From an uncultured Actinomycetota bacterium (GTDB lineage: Bacteria > Actinomycetota > Actinomycetes > Propionibacteriales > Nocardioidaceae): DNA of 64,000 bases. Below are positions 1-9,571 of the stretch, piece by piece (position 1 is the first letter of the stretch; the number at the start of each line of letters is the position of its first letter). The stretch is taken from the NCBI GenBank assembly GCA_963708885.1, contig CAVPUF010000003.1, forward strand, positions 1,042,303-1,106,302, written 5' to 3'. The position numbers were made by a program, and so were the translations under genes. The notes under the pieces were generated by a model. That model was not told where the DNA came from. It saw only the letters and a program-made list of their open reading frames with translations, and searched no databases.

Positions 1-202
1 CGCTCGTGCTTGCCGGGGCCGACCACTGCGACGTGCTCACCGCGCAGCGGCCCGCGTGGACCCGGTCTCCGACCCGCGCTCGGACTGGTTCGTCCGTCGC
101 CTTCCGGCGGCCGTGGAGGACACGATCCCGGGGTGACCCCGATTTCCTCAGGCGTGTCGGAGCGATGGCACCGAGGCCGCGGCCTCGTGACAGACTCGCC
201 CC

Positions 203-757
203 ATGCAGGGTCTGAAGGAGGCGATCGACCGGACCGGGCTACTACCCGGAGGTCGTGGCCGACGGCGTGATGAGGGCGGTCGCGGGCGAGGACGTCGTGT
301 CGTTCTTCGTCCACCACGAGCCGACGTTCGACCGCGACGAGGTACGTCGCCACCTGACGGTCGTCGTCCTCACCCCGAGCCGGCTGATCCTCGCCCACAC
401 CGACGAGCACGAGGGCGACGACATGCTGCCCGACGCCCTACACGTCGACGTCGACGGAGGCCATCTCCCTGGCGTCGGTCAAGTCGGTCGTCGTCACCCG
501 GATGGTCACCAACCCCACCGACGGTCCGACGCCACCGGCCGAGGCCGTGCTGACGATCGGCTGGGGCGGGGTCTCGCGGCGTCGACCTCGAGCCGGCCAC
601 GTGCGGCGACCCCGAGTGCGACGCCGACCACGGCTACACCGGCACCCTGGCCGCCGACGACTTCTCGATCCGGGTGTCCGCGGCCGCCGACGGGCCCGAC
701 GCGGTGCCCAACCTGCTGTCCTTCGCGGAGTCGCTCTCGGCGCGGACCCAGGGGTGA
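203..757 (+). pseudogene. DUF5998-family protein; reading frame broken by three +1 shifts (true pseudogene or assembly indels)
   Basis: Joining three frames gives one continuous protein: MQGLKEAIDRTG / YYPEVVADGVMRAVAGEDVVSFFVHHEPTFDRDEVRRHLTVVVLTPSRLILAHTDEH..MLPD / PYTSTSTEAISLASVKSVVVTRMVTNPTD..TIGWGGVSR / VDLEPATCGDPECDADHGYTGTLAADDFSIRVS..ARTQG*. Shifts lie near 236, 435 and 580. Stop is TGA 755-757. Family assigned from memory. Confidence 0.6.
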
Positions 758-818
758 GCACGCCCACGCCCGCGCAGCCCTGGTCTCGACCCCGAGGGAA
801 CGCCGCACGTCCGACCTC

Positions 819-1957
819 GTGGAGCCCGCCTACGGGTCGCGGTCGCTCGCGGACGTGCTGCCCGCCGTCTCGGTCGCGCTCGGGCTGCCGGCGGCGCGAC
901 CGGTCCGCCGAGACGTCGGACCGAGCTGACGGCACCACGGCACTGAGCCTGCCCGAGGCGCCGGCCTACGTCGTCTTCCTGGTCGACGGGCTCGGGGCCG
1001 ACCTCCTCGAGGCGCCACGCGCACGCGGCGCCGTACCTCTCGTCGCTGCTCACGGCGGAGACCCGCGGCACGGCCGGCGTCCCCTCGACGACGGCGACCA
1101 GCCTGACGTCGCTCGGCACCGGCCTGCCACCCGGTGCGCACGGCGTCGTCGGCTTCACGTCGCGGGTGCCTGGGTCGGACCGCCTGCTCAACGCACTCTT
1201 CTGGGACAGCGACGTCGACCCGGTCCAGTGGCAGCCGCACCCCACGCTCTTCCAGACGCTCCAGGCCGCGGGCGTCCACGTCACCTCCGTCAACAAGCGC
1301 GAGTTCCGCGGCTCCGGGCTCACGGTCGCCGCCCACCGCGGCGGCGAGTGGGTCGACGCCGACCGGGTGGGAGAGCGGGTGGCCGGCACCGTCCTGGCGG
1401 CGGCGTCCCGACCCTCCCTCACCTATCTCTACGACGGCGACCTGGACTGGACCGGGCACCGATACGGCGTCGCGTCGGCACAGTGGCTGCAACAGCTGGC
1501 CATCATCGACGCCGAGGCGGAGCAGCTCCGCGACGCCCTGCCGAGCCACGCGCGGATGGTGGTCGTGGCCGACCACGGCATGGTCGACAGTCCGGACCAC
1601 CATCGGGTGGACCTCGACGAGGATCCCGCCTTCCGACAGGGCGTGGTGCTGCTGGGGGGCGAGGCGCGGTTCCGCCACGTCTACTGCTCCGCCGGCGCGG
1701 TCGACGACGTGGCCTCGAGCTGGCGTGAGCTGCTCGGCCCGCGGGCCCTCGTCCTCACCCGCGACGAGGCGATCGCGCGCGGCTGGTTCGGAGCGGTGTC
1801 GGCGTCGGTGCTCCCACGGCTCGGCGACGTCGTGGTCGCGGCCCGTGACGACTGGGGGTTGTTCTCCTCGGTCGACTTCCCCTACGAGCTGCGGCTCGTC
1901 GGGCTCCACGGCTCGCTGACGCCGGTGGAGATGCGGATCCCGATCCTCGTCGACTGA
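819..1957 (+). pseudogene. alkaline phosphatase / nucleotide pyrophosphatase family protein; 5' quarter broken by two +1 shifts
   Basis: Frame 0 reads VEPAYGSRSLADVLPAVSVALGLPAA. Frame 1 reads TALSLPEAPAYVVFLVDGLGADLLEA. Frame 2 reads HAHAAPYLSSLLTAETRGTAGVPSTTATSLTSLGTGLPPGAHGVVGFTSRVPGSDRLL and continues as the intact 263-aa ORF 1166..1957. Shifts lie at about 895-935 and 1015. The GTG 819 start is tentative. Confidence 0.6.
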
Positions 1958-1984
1958 CCGGCGTCCCGGGTCGTATGCTCCGTC

Positions 1985-2224
1985 GTGAGGCGCCATGGTG
2001 GCGCGCTCATGGGGGGCATCGACGTGACCACCTTCCTCGTCATCGGCGGCATCGCGGCACTCATCGGCGCCTACCTCGCACTCGACTGGTGGCTCGCGGG
2101 CCGCAAGAGCAAGCGCATGATGGTCCGGGCGCAGGATGGTCAGGTCGGCAACGCCGGCGTCGACTACGCCGTCATCGAGGCCCAGGCGACTGCGACCCAG
2201 CACCAGACCTGGACCGGGATCTGA
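1985..2224 (+). CDS. small membrane protein (hypothetical)
   Basis: 79-aa ORF with one clear hydrophobic helix (IDVTTFLVIGGIAALIGAYLALDWWL) followed by basic residues. Sits in a gap between confident genes. Internal ATG at 2009 is an alternative start. Confidence 0.4.
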   Translation: MRRHGGALMGGIDVTTFLVIGGIAALIGAYLALDWWLAGRKSKRMMVRAQDGQVGNAGVDYAVIEAQATATQHQTWTGI

Positions 2225-2242
2225 GGCTGTCCGGCCCGGGCG

Positions 2243-3151
2243 TCACCCGCTGACGGTGAAGCGGTCCTGGGCGCTCGACCCCGCGAGGGCGGCGTTGCCG
2301 AGGTACGTGCCGACGATGGAGTACCTGCCCCGCTGAGTGATCCCCTTGAAGGTCGCGCTCGCGACGCCGTTCCTGTCCAGCGTGGCCCTGATCGTCTTGA
2401 CCGGGTGCCCGCCGTTCCGCAACGTGAACGCCGCGCTGCCCGCGGGCCTGAGGCCGAAGTGGGACGTCACCCTCACGGTGCCGGTCGCCTGCTTCCGGGC
2501 GGCCGAGTGCGCGACCGTCAGCCGGGTCACCGTGGTGTCCCTGACGACCTTGACGGTGACCGCGCCGCCGCCGGCGCTCGTCACGGTGGTGGCGCCCGCG
2601 TCGTCGGTGCACGGACCGAAGCTGCCGGGGGTCGGGAACGTGACCGGCTCCTGGGGCTGGTCGCCGGCGTCGAATCCGTGGAGAACGGCGGTGCCGAGCC
2701 GGCCGAGCCGAAGCGTGTAAGCGCCGGCTGAGGTGGGGCGGATCACGACCGTGCCGGACATGGGGGCATTGGTCGTCCCGCTCGGGCCGTTGCCCAGGAC
2801 GGTCTTGGCGATGGCCAGGTCGAGGCCGGCCCTCGACCCGGACGGAGTGGTCGTGATGGTCCCGTCGAAGGAGGTCCACCCGAAGGCAGCCTGAGCCAGA
2901 TGGGTCGTCGCCGCGTCCAGGGCGAACGTGGCCGTGGCGCCGAGCCGGACGCTCTGGCCCGCCACCATCGTGCTCGGCGGCTGGCTGATCAGGTATCTCG
3001 CCGCCGGACGCGCGTCGCCGAAGGGAGTGGTGCAGGTGTAGCCGACCGTGGCGCTGACCTCGCCCGCCGCCCGAGCCGGCGAGACGGCCGCGCCGGTCAC
3101 CAGCCCGACGACGACGGCGCCGGTGAATACCCGGACCCAGGGGACTCTCAT
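2243..3151 (-). CDS. secreted protein with N-terminal signal peptide and beta-rich, Ig-like C-terminal region
   Basis: Start at MRVPWVRVFTGAVVVGLVTGAAVSPARA (signal-peptide-like, AxA site). T/S/G/V-rich beta-type composition. The upstream extension of the 355-aa ORF is Arg/Pro-rich junk. Confidence 0.6.
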   Translation of the reverse strand: MRVPWVRVFTGAVVVGLVTGAAVSPARAAGEVSATVGYTCTTPFGDARPAARYLISQPPSTMVAGQSVRLGATATFALDAATTHLAQAAFGWTSFDGTITTTPSGSRAGLDLAIAKTVLGNGPSGTTNAPMSGTVVIRPTSAGAYTLRLGRLGTAVLHGFDAGDQPQEPVTFPTPGSFGPCTDDAGATTVTSAGGGAVTVKVVRDTTVTRLTVAHSAARKQATGTVRVTSHFGLRPAGSAAFTLRNGGHPVKTIRATLDRNGVASATFKGITQRGRYSIVGTYLGNAALAGSSAQDRFTVSG

Positions 3152-3297
3152 GCCTGGAGAACGGCGGCGGCGTCCTCCGGGTTCAACCTCCCCGTCTCGA
3201 CGCCGCCCGCCCGGTGGTGCCGGGCGCGGCGCCCCTCTTGCGTGGTGCGGAGTCGAGCTGAAGTGTGGGAGCCAGCGTGATCGAGTGAGGAGGCCTC

Positions 3298-4011
3298 GTG
3301 GCAGGCACACCCAGCAGCGACGGAGACGGAACCCCAGCCGTAGGGGTGGTCGACCGCGGTCACCTGCTCCTGGTCGGCGCCGGCCCGGGCCTGGGCATGG
3401 CCATCGCCCGCCGTTTCGCCGTCGGCGGCTATCGGGTCACGTTGGTCGCTCGGAGCGCAGACCGACTGGGTGACCTCGCGGGAAGCCTGTCCGACACGGG
3501 CGCCGAGATCCGCACGATCGAAGCCGATGCGGGCGACCCCGACGGTCTGGGTGCCCGCATGGCCGAGCTCTACGGCCAGGAAGCGGCGCCCGGGGTCATC
3601 GTCTACAACGCGGTCATGGGCGCGCCGGATCAGCTGTTGAGCGCGAGTGTGGCGCACCTGCAGGCCGCCTACGCGGTCGACGTGATCGGCGCCATCGTGG
3701 TCGCGCAGGTGGCCGCCCCCGCCATGAGGGCGGCGGGGTTCGGCACCATGATCGTCACCGGTGGTGGGTTCGCGGATCATCCGATCCCGGCCCTCGCGAC
3801 CGTCTCCCTGGGCAAGGCCGCTCTCCGTTCCGCCGCGACGATGCTCAGCGCCGACCTGGAGCCCGACGGCGTACGAGTGGCGACGCTCACCATCGCCGGA
3901 CAGATCGTCGCCGGTACGGCCTTCGACCCCGCGCGTATCGCCGAGCGCTACTGGGAGGTCGTCCACGGCGAGGGCCCGTGGCAGGCGGAGTTCCGCTTCA
4001 CCGGCGAGTAG
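3298..4011 (+). CDS. SDR family oxidoreductase
   Basis: 237-aa ORF with a Rossmann motif (LLLVGAGPGLGMAIARRF) and classical short-chain dehydrogenase layout (NAV...GG..A....K). Confidence 0.8.
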   Translation: MAGTPSSDGDGTPAVGVVDRGHLLLVGAGPGLGMAIARRFAVGGYRVTLVARSADRLGDLAGSLSDTGAEIRTIEADAGDPDGLGARMAELYGQEAAPGVIVYNAVMGAPDQLLSASVAHLQAAYAVDVIGAIVVAQVAAPAMRAAGFGTMIVTGGGFADHPIPALATVSLGKAALRSAATMLSADLEPDGVRVATLTIAGQIVAGTAFDPARIAERYWEVVHGEGPWQAEFRFTGE

Positions 4012-4180
4012 GGGCAGGACCGGGACGCGACGGTCTCCGCGGCGTCCACGACGTGGTGACCCGCTCCCTCGACCGGGAGTCCCGTGCCGTGGCCCCGCCC
4101 TTGCTGCACGATCGGTGGAGCGGGCAGCATGGATGGCACAGGCACGTGAGTGACAGCGGAGCCGACAACTCGCTCAGCCT

Positions 4181-5653
4181 GTGGGTGAGTGGGTCGAGGA
4201 GAGCGCGATGTCGGTTTCCGATGGGGCGGGGCGGCCGCGGGCAGCACTCCGACGGGCGCTGCTGCCGCTGGCGTTGGCGCAGTTCATCTGCAGCTTCGCC
4301 GGCTCCAACATGAACGTGATGATCAACGACATCAGCAAGGACCTCGACACCACGGTGCAGGGCGTCCAGCTGGCGATCACGCTCTTCCTGCTGGTGATGG
4401 CGGCGCTGATGATCCCGGGCGGCAAGCTGAGCGACAAGTTCGGTCGCAAGCGCTGTTTCCTGGTCGGTCTCGTCGTCTACGGTGTCGGAGCCCTGATGAG
4501 CGCCGTCGCGCCGGGGCTAGGGATCCTCATCGTGGGCAACTCGATCCTCGAGGGGGTCGGCACCGCACTCCTGATCCCGCCGGTCTACATCCTGACCACG
4601 CTGCTGTTCACCGAGATCACCTCACGCGCCCGGGCGTTCGGGGTGGTCAGCGCGCTCGGCGGGATCGGTGCCGCCGCCGGTCCGTTGCTCGGTGGTCTCA
4701 TCACCTCCGCGATCAGCTGGCGAGCCGCCTTCGTCTTCCAGGCTCTCGTGATCGCGGCGATCATCTGGTTGAGCCGCGAGCTCAAGGACCCGCTCCCGCC
4801 GGATCCCACGCGACCGTTCGACGTCGGCGGCTCCGTGCTCTCGGCCGCCGGGCTCATCCTGGTCGTGATGGGCATCCTGGCGGCCGACCAGAACGCGGCC
4901 CTCATGGTCGCGCTGATCGCCGCCGGTGCCGTCGTGCTCACCTGGTTCTTCCGGTCGATGCGGGCGAAGGAGCGGGCAGGTCGCGAAGCCCTGTTGTCGC
5001 CCAGCCTGTTCCGCGACCACACGTCGAACCTCGGCCTGATCACCCAGAACGTCCAGTGGCTCCTGCTGACGGGCGTGTCGTTCGTGGTGTCGGCCTACCT
5101 CCAGGTCGTGCGTGGGTACGACGCCATCCAGACCGGTGTCATCTTCACGGCGGTGACCGCAGGGCTGCTCGCGTCGTCGCTCGCTGCCGAGCGCTTCGCG
5201 AAGCGGCGCTCGCAACGCCTCCTGATCCTGACCGGGTTCGTCGTCACCCTCTTCGGGATAGGCACCCTGCTCGCCCTGGTGATCGGGACACCGAACGTCT
5301 GGGCGTTCGCGCCCGGTCTGCTGTTCATCGGACTCGGACTCGGAATCATGCTGACGCCGTCCGTGAACCTGGTGCAGTCGAGCTTCGCGGACGACATGCA
5401 GGGTGAGATCTCGGGCCTGTCGCGGAGCGTGTCGAACCTCGGCTCCTCGCTGGGTGCAGCCATCGCCGGGACGGTTCTCGTCGCCGGGATCACCTCCACG
5501 CCCGAGCGCGCCTACGGGCTCGCGATGACGGTCCTGGCCGCCTTCGGCCTCCTCGGCCTGGCGGCAGCGATCTTCCTTCCGCGCACCATCACACCTGCGA
5601 ACGCCTCCGCGTCCGCGGCCGCACGTCCCCCCGACGCGCTCGGTACGACGTAA
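4181..5653 (+). CDS. MFS transporter, 14-TM drug:H+ antiporter-2 (EmrB/QacA-like) type
   Basis: 490-aa polytopic ORF with MFS motifs (GKLSDKFGRKRCF; LGGLITSAISWRAAF). ATG 4208 is a possible true start. Confidence 0.85.
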   Translation: MGEWVEESAMSVSDGAGRPRAALRRALLPLALAQFICSFAGSNMNVMINDISKDLDTTVQGVQLAITLFLLVMAALMIPGGKLSDKFGRKRCFLVGLVVYGVGALMSAVAPGLGILIVGNSILEGVGTALLIPPVYILTTLLFTEITSRARAFGVVSALGGIGAAAGPLLGGLITSAISWRAAFVFQALVIAAIIWLSRELKDPLPPDPTRPFDVGGSVLSAAGLILVVMGILAADQNAALMVALIAAGAVVLTWFFRSMRAKERAGREALLSPSLFRDHTSNLGLITQNVQWLLLTGVSFVVSAYLQVVRGYDAIQTGVIFTAVTAGLLASSLAAERFAKRRSQRLLILTGFVVTLFGIGTLLALVIGTPNVWAFAPGLLFIGLGLGIMLTPSVNLVQSSFADDMQGEISGLSRSVSNLGSSLGAAIAGTVLVAGITSTPERAYGLAMTVLAAFGLLGLAAAIFLPRTITPANASASAAARPPDALGTT

Positions 5654-5671
5654 CCCGGCCCGCTCTCCTGC

Positions 5672-5721
5672 AGGACGTCATACGTTCCGGCTGCCCGGGC
5701 GACCATTCCGCATGACGTCCT
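5672..5721. terminator. hairpin between convergent genes (candidate bidirectional terminator)
   Basis: AGGACGTCAT (5672-5681) pairs with ATGACGTCCT (5712-5721). Lies between the MFS stop (5653) and the sulfurtransferase stop (5735). No T-tract, as is usual in high-GC actinobacteria. Confidence 0.45.
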
Positions 5722-5734
5722 CCTGGAGCCCCGC

Positions 5735-6604
5735 TCAGGGGCCGATCGCGACCGGATGGGTCGCCTCGGAGATCCAGCCGCTCCAGCTGCCGGGATAGAG
5801 GGCCGCGGGCTCCGCGAACCCGGCCAGCCGGAGGGCGAGAACGGTCTGGCAGGCCGTGACGCCGGAGCCGCAGTACGCCGCCACGTCCCGGCCCGCTCCG
5901 GCTCCTGCGGCGAGGAACCGCCGGCGCAGCTCCGGCGCGGGGAGGAAGCGTCCGGTGGTGTCGGTGTTCCCGGCCAGGGGTGCGCTGACGGCGCCGGGGA
6001 TGTGCCCGGCGACCGGGTCGAGGGGTTCCTGCTCCCCACGGAAGCGTTCCGCGGCCCGGACGTCGATCAACAGGCCTTCCCGCGCGGTCGCCGGAACACC
6101 GTCGGCGTCCACGGTCGGAAGCCGGCCCGGCTCGCCGGACCAGTCGCCGGGCTCCGGCGAGGCCGGCTCGGTGGACAGCGCCCGGCCGGCGGCCGTCCAG
6201 GCGGCCAGGCCGCCGTCGAGCACCAGGACGTCACCCCTCCCGTCGGAACCGTGCCCGTAGTGGAGCAGCAGCCACCACAGCCGCGCGGCTGCCGTGGCCG
6301 GACCGTCGTCGTACACCACGACGGTCGAGCCGCGTCGCAGCCCGGACCGGCGCATCGCCGCGACGAAGGCGTCCGGGTCGGGCAGCGGGTGACGACCGCC
6401 CGGCCCGGGGGGAGTCGTGGGGGCCGACGAGAGGTCGGCGTCGACATCGACGTAGACGGCGCCGGGGAGGTGGCCCGCGTCATAGCGCTCACGGCCGGGG
6501 GGCCCGGTGAGCGCGAGTCGCGTGTCCAGCAGGACCACGTCACCGCGCTCGTCCGCCAGGCCGTCGAGGTCGGCCACCTCGACGAGCAGGCCCGGCCGGA
6601 TCAC
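5735..6604 (-). CDS. rhodanese-domain sulfurtransferase (thiosulfate/3-mercaptopyruvate type)
   Basis: Two rhodanese halves with the active-site loop AAYCGSGVTAC and the C-terminal motif YPGSWSGW. GTG start at 6604 overlaps the tdk stop (GTGA). Confidence 0.8.
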   Translation of the reverse strand: MIRPGLLVEVADLDGLADERGDVVLLDTRLALTGPPGRERYDAGHLPGAVYVDVDADLSSAPTTPPGPGGRHPLPDPDAFVAAMRRSGLRRGSTVVVYDDGPATAAARLWWLLLHYGHGSDGRGDVLVLDGGLAAWTAAGRALSTEPASPEPGDWSGEPGRLPTVDADGVPATAREGLLIDVRAAERFRGEQEPLDPVAGHIPGAVSAPLAGNTDTTGRFLPAPELRRRFLAAGAGAGRDVAAYCGSGVTACQTVLALRLAGFAEPAALYPGSWSGWISEATHPVAIGP

Positions 6605-7257
6605 GAGCCGAAGGGGAGCGGCTCGGGGGAGACGGCGACGGCCTGGGCGCGGGCGGCCGTGAGCCGGCGGCGGTGGTGCTGGCGGCACAGCACCTCGTAG
6701 GCCACCTCGGCAGGGGCACCGCCGGGGGAGTCCACGTCGCCGACCACGATCACCTCGCCCTCGATGACCATGACGCCGTCCTCCGTCCGAGCGTTGTGGG
6801 TGGCTCGCTTGCCGCACCAGCACAGCGCCTCGACCTGCAGCACGTTCATCCGGTCGGCGAGCTCGACCAGCCGGGCGCTCCCGGGGAAGAGGCGGGTCCG
6901 GAAGTCGCTGAGGATCCCGAACGCGAACACGTCGATCTGGAGCTCGTCGACGACCTTGGCCAGCTGGTCGATCTGCGCGGTGGTGTAGAACTGCGCCTCG
7001 TCACAGATGAGGTAGTCGATGCGGGCACCCGCCGTCAGCGAGTCGACGACGTAGCGCCAGAAGTCGAAGTCGTCGGCCACCTCGATGGCGTCGTGGGTCA
7101 GCCCGAGCCGGCTGGACAGGATGGCCTCGCCCGCCCGGTCGTGGGTGGTGAAGATCCGGCCCACGCGGCCGCGGGCTGCGTGGTTGTGGTTGGTCTGGAG
7201 CGCGAGGGTGCTCTTGCCCGAGTCCATGGTCCCGGTGAAGAAGTGCAGTTCGGCCAT
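6601..7257 (-). CDS. tdk: thymidine kinase
   Basis: MAELHFFTGTMDSGKSTLALQ (P-loop), DEAQF, and zinc-ribbon cysteines CWCGKRATHNAR...YEVLCRQHH. Confidence 0.9.
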   Translation of the reverse strand: MAELHFFTGTMDSGKSTLALQTNHNHAARGRVGRIFTTHDRAGEAILSSRLGLTHDAIEVADDFDFWRYVVDSLTAGARIDYLICDEAQFYTTAQIDQLAKVVDELQIDVFAFGILSDFRTRLFPGSARLVELADRMNVLQVEALCWCGKRATHNARTEDGVMVIEGEVIVVGDVDSPGGAPAEVAYEVLCRQHHRRRLTAARAQAVAVSPEPLPFGS

Positions 7258-7473
7258 CGGGCCGGATTCTGTCACGCCCCGTCGACGGTGTCCGAAGGGC
7301 TCGGCCTCCCCGTGTCGGTCGAGCCCCTCGGCGTCGGGTGACCTCTGCACACCCCACGGTCCAGAGATTCAGGACTGTGACGCTAGGGGTCCCCGCCGAC
7401 GGGCCGTCGGACTTCGTCGGACAACGGACCGTTCGGTCGGTCGGGCCTAGCCGACCTGGGTCAGGCGTGAGGG

Positions 7474-7499
7474 TCGGATGTCACACGACGGACATCCGA
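7474..7499 (-). terminator. hairpin just downstream of the acyl-CoA reductase stop
   Basis: TCGGATGTC (7474-7482) pairs with GACATCCGA (7491-7499), loop 8 nt, 7 nt past the stop at 7506. Confidence 0.45.
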
Positions 7500-7505
7500 G
7501 GAGCC

Positions 7506-9509
7506 CTACCAGTGGACGCCCTTGAAGACCTTGGCGAGCATGATCTGCTCCGACTCGCGGGTGCCCGGGGAGCCCTCGCCCTTCGCGGCCGCCGAGTCCG
7601 GGAACACGTGGTAGGCCATGTTCAGCACCCGGAACGCGAGCTTCGGTGCGAGCGTGTGGGCCACTGCACCGGCGTTGCCCAGCAGCGTGTTGATCTCGTG
7701 CGGGCGCTCGACCATCGCCTCGATCACCAGGTCGGCAGCCTGCGCCGGCGAGATGGTGGGGAACCTGTCGTAGATCTTGGTCGGCGCGATCATCGGCGTC
7801 CGGACCAGCGGCATGTGGATGCTGGTGAACGTGATCCCGTCGCCGACCAGCTCGGACGCCACGACGTTGCTCCAGGCGTCGAGCGCCGCCTTGGACGCGA
7901 CGTACGCCGAGAACCGTGGCGGGTTGGTCTGGACCCCGATCGAGGAGATGTTGACGATGTGGCCGCGGTGGCCCTCGCGCATCTTCGGGATCAGCCCGAT
8001 CACGAGCCGGATCGCGCCGAAGTAGTTGAGCTGCATGGTGCGTTCGAAGTCGTGGAACCGGTCCTGCGAGAGACGCAGCGAGCGCCGGATCGAGCGCCCG
8101 GCGTTGTTGACGACGAAGTCGATGCTCGGCAGGTCGGCGGTGAGCTGCGCGCAGAGCGCGTCGATGGCCTCGAGGTCGGAGAGGTCGCACGCGTAGACGT
8201 GCGCCGTGCCTCCGCGGCTCTCGATCGTCATGCGGGTGGCCTCGAGCTTGTCCTTGCCGCGGGCCACGAGCACCGGGATGCCGCCGGCCTGGGACACCTT
8301 GAGCGCCGTCACCTGGCCGATCCCCGAGGAGGCGCCCGTGATCACGACGTACTTCCCGGTGAGAACCTCACGGGCCGACGCGTCGTGGGCGGTCGACCGG
8401 TCGAGGTGGTCCTCCCAGTAGCCCCACAGGGTGCGGGCGTAGGACTCGAGGTCGGGGACGGCGATGCCGGACCCGGCGAGCGCCTTCTCCGTGCGACGCG
8501 AGTCGAAGACCGGTCGGAACGACGTGTGTCCGAGCACCTCGGCGGGGATGCCGAGCCGCCCGATCGTCAGGTCCAGCAACAGCTGCACCGGCGCTGTGCG
8601 GACCAGCGTGTTGGTCAGGCGCAGCGGACGGAGCGCAGCGGGGAGCAAGGCCAGCAGCCCTCCGGTCGTGCCGCGGTCGACGGGGGTGGCGAACCGCGGG
8701 GCACCGGCGGCCGCGGAGAAGGCGTTGAGCATCTCCACCACGGGCTGGGGCTCGGGGTTGACGAGGTGGAAGGCCTCACCGTCGTGCCCCTCGAGGTGCG
8801 CGAGCTGGTCGATCGCGGCGGCGACGTAGTCGACGGGGACCACGTTGGTGTCGCCGAGGTCGATCCCGACCAGGGGCAGCCAGGAGGGAAGCGCGTCCCG
8901 CAGCATCTTGAGCACCGGGAAGAAGTAGTAGGGGCCGTCGACCTTGTCCATCTCGCCGGTCTCGCTGTGCCCGACCACGATGGCGGGGCGGTAGACCCGC
9001 CAGGGGACGGTCGCCTCCTCACGCACCAGCTTCTCGGACTCGAACTTGGTGCGGTGGTACGGCGACGGGAGGGCCTGGCCCTCGTCGAACATCGTCTCGT
9101 CGAACGGGCCGTCGTACTCCCCGGCGACCGCGACCGAGCTGACCTGGTGGAAGCAACCGGCTCCCAGGGCCTCGGCGAGGCCGAGCGCGTTCCGCGTGCC
9201 GCCGACGTTCATCGCCTCGTTGGCCTCGTCGTCGGCGGTCATGTCGTAGATCGCGGCGAGGTGGAAGAAGTGGTCGATCCCCCCGCGGTGCTCCTCGACC
9301 CAGGCCTCGTCGACGCCGAGCCGGCTCGCCGCGAGGTCGCCGACGACCGGGACCACGCGATCGGTGCCCCAGAGCTCGACCATCGCCTCGATCCGGGGCA
9401 GCGACGCCTCGCGGACCAGCACGAAGACCGTGCCCTCGCGATGGTCGAGCAGCTCCTCCACGAGATGGCGGCCGATGAACCCGGTGGCGCCCGTCACGAC
9501 GTACGACAT
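7506..9509 (-). CDS. two-domain fatty acyl-CoA reductase (NAD-dependent epimerase/reductase domain plus SDR domain)
   Basis: 667-aa ORF. N-terminal MSYVVTGATGFIGRHLVEELL with YHRTK. Second Rossmann domain KYVVITGASSGIGQ with SAYVASKAAL. Architecture recalled from mycobacterial Acr/Fcr-type enzymes. Confidence 0.85.
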   Translation of the reverse strand: MSYVVTGATGFIGRHLVEELLDHREGTVFVLVREASLPRIEAMVELWGTDRVVPVVGDLAASRLGVDEAWVEEHRGGIDHFFHLAAIYDMTADDEANEAMNVGGTRNALGLAEALGAGCFHQVSSVAVAGEYDGPFDETMFDEGQALPSPYHRTKFESEKLVREEATVPWRVYRPAIVVGHSETGEMDKVDGPYYFFPVLKMLRDALPSWLPLVGIDLGDTNVVPVDYVAAAIDQLAHLEGHDGEAFHLVNPEPQPVVEMLNAFSAAAGAPRFATPVDRGTTGGLLALLPAALRPLRLTNTLVRTAPVQLLLDLTIGRLGIPAEVLGHTSFRPVFDSRRTEKALAGSGIAVPDLESYARTLWGYWEDHLDRSTAHDASAREVLTGKYVVITGASSGIGQVTALKVSQAGGIPVLVARGKDKLEATRMTIESRGGTAHVYACDLSDLEAIDALCAQLTADLPSIDFVVNNAGRSIRRSLRLSQDRFHDFERTMQLNYFGAIRLVIGLIPKMREGHRGHIVNISSIGVQTNPPRFSAYVASKAALDAWSNVVASELVGDGITFTSIHMPLVRTPMIAPTKIYDRFPTISPAQAADLVIEAMVERPHEINTLLGNAGAVAHTLAPKLAFRVLNMAYHVFPDSAAAKGEGSPGTRESEQIMLAKVFKGVHW

Positions 9510-9571
9510 GCCGCGACCCTACTCGCAGGTCACCGGCCCGGGCGGCGTCGTTCGGACCGGTCCCGACCCGC

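Noticed and set aside
1-136. 3' end of an upstream plus-strand CDS (…VDPVSDPRSDWFVRRLPAAVEDTIPG*, stop TGA 134-136)
   Set aside because: The last 26 codons look plausible, but the upstream part only looks like protein in a different frame (LVLAGADHCDVLTAQRP). No family was recognised, so this is too little to call.
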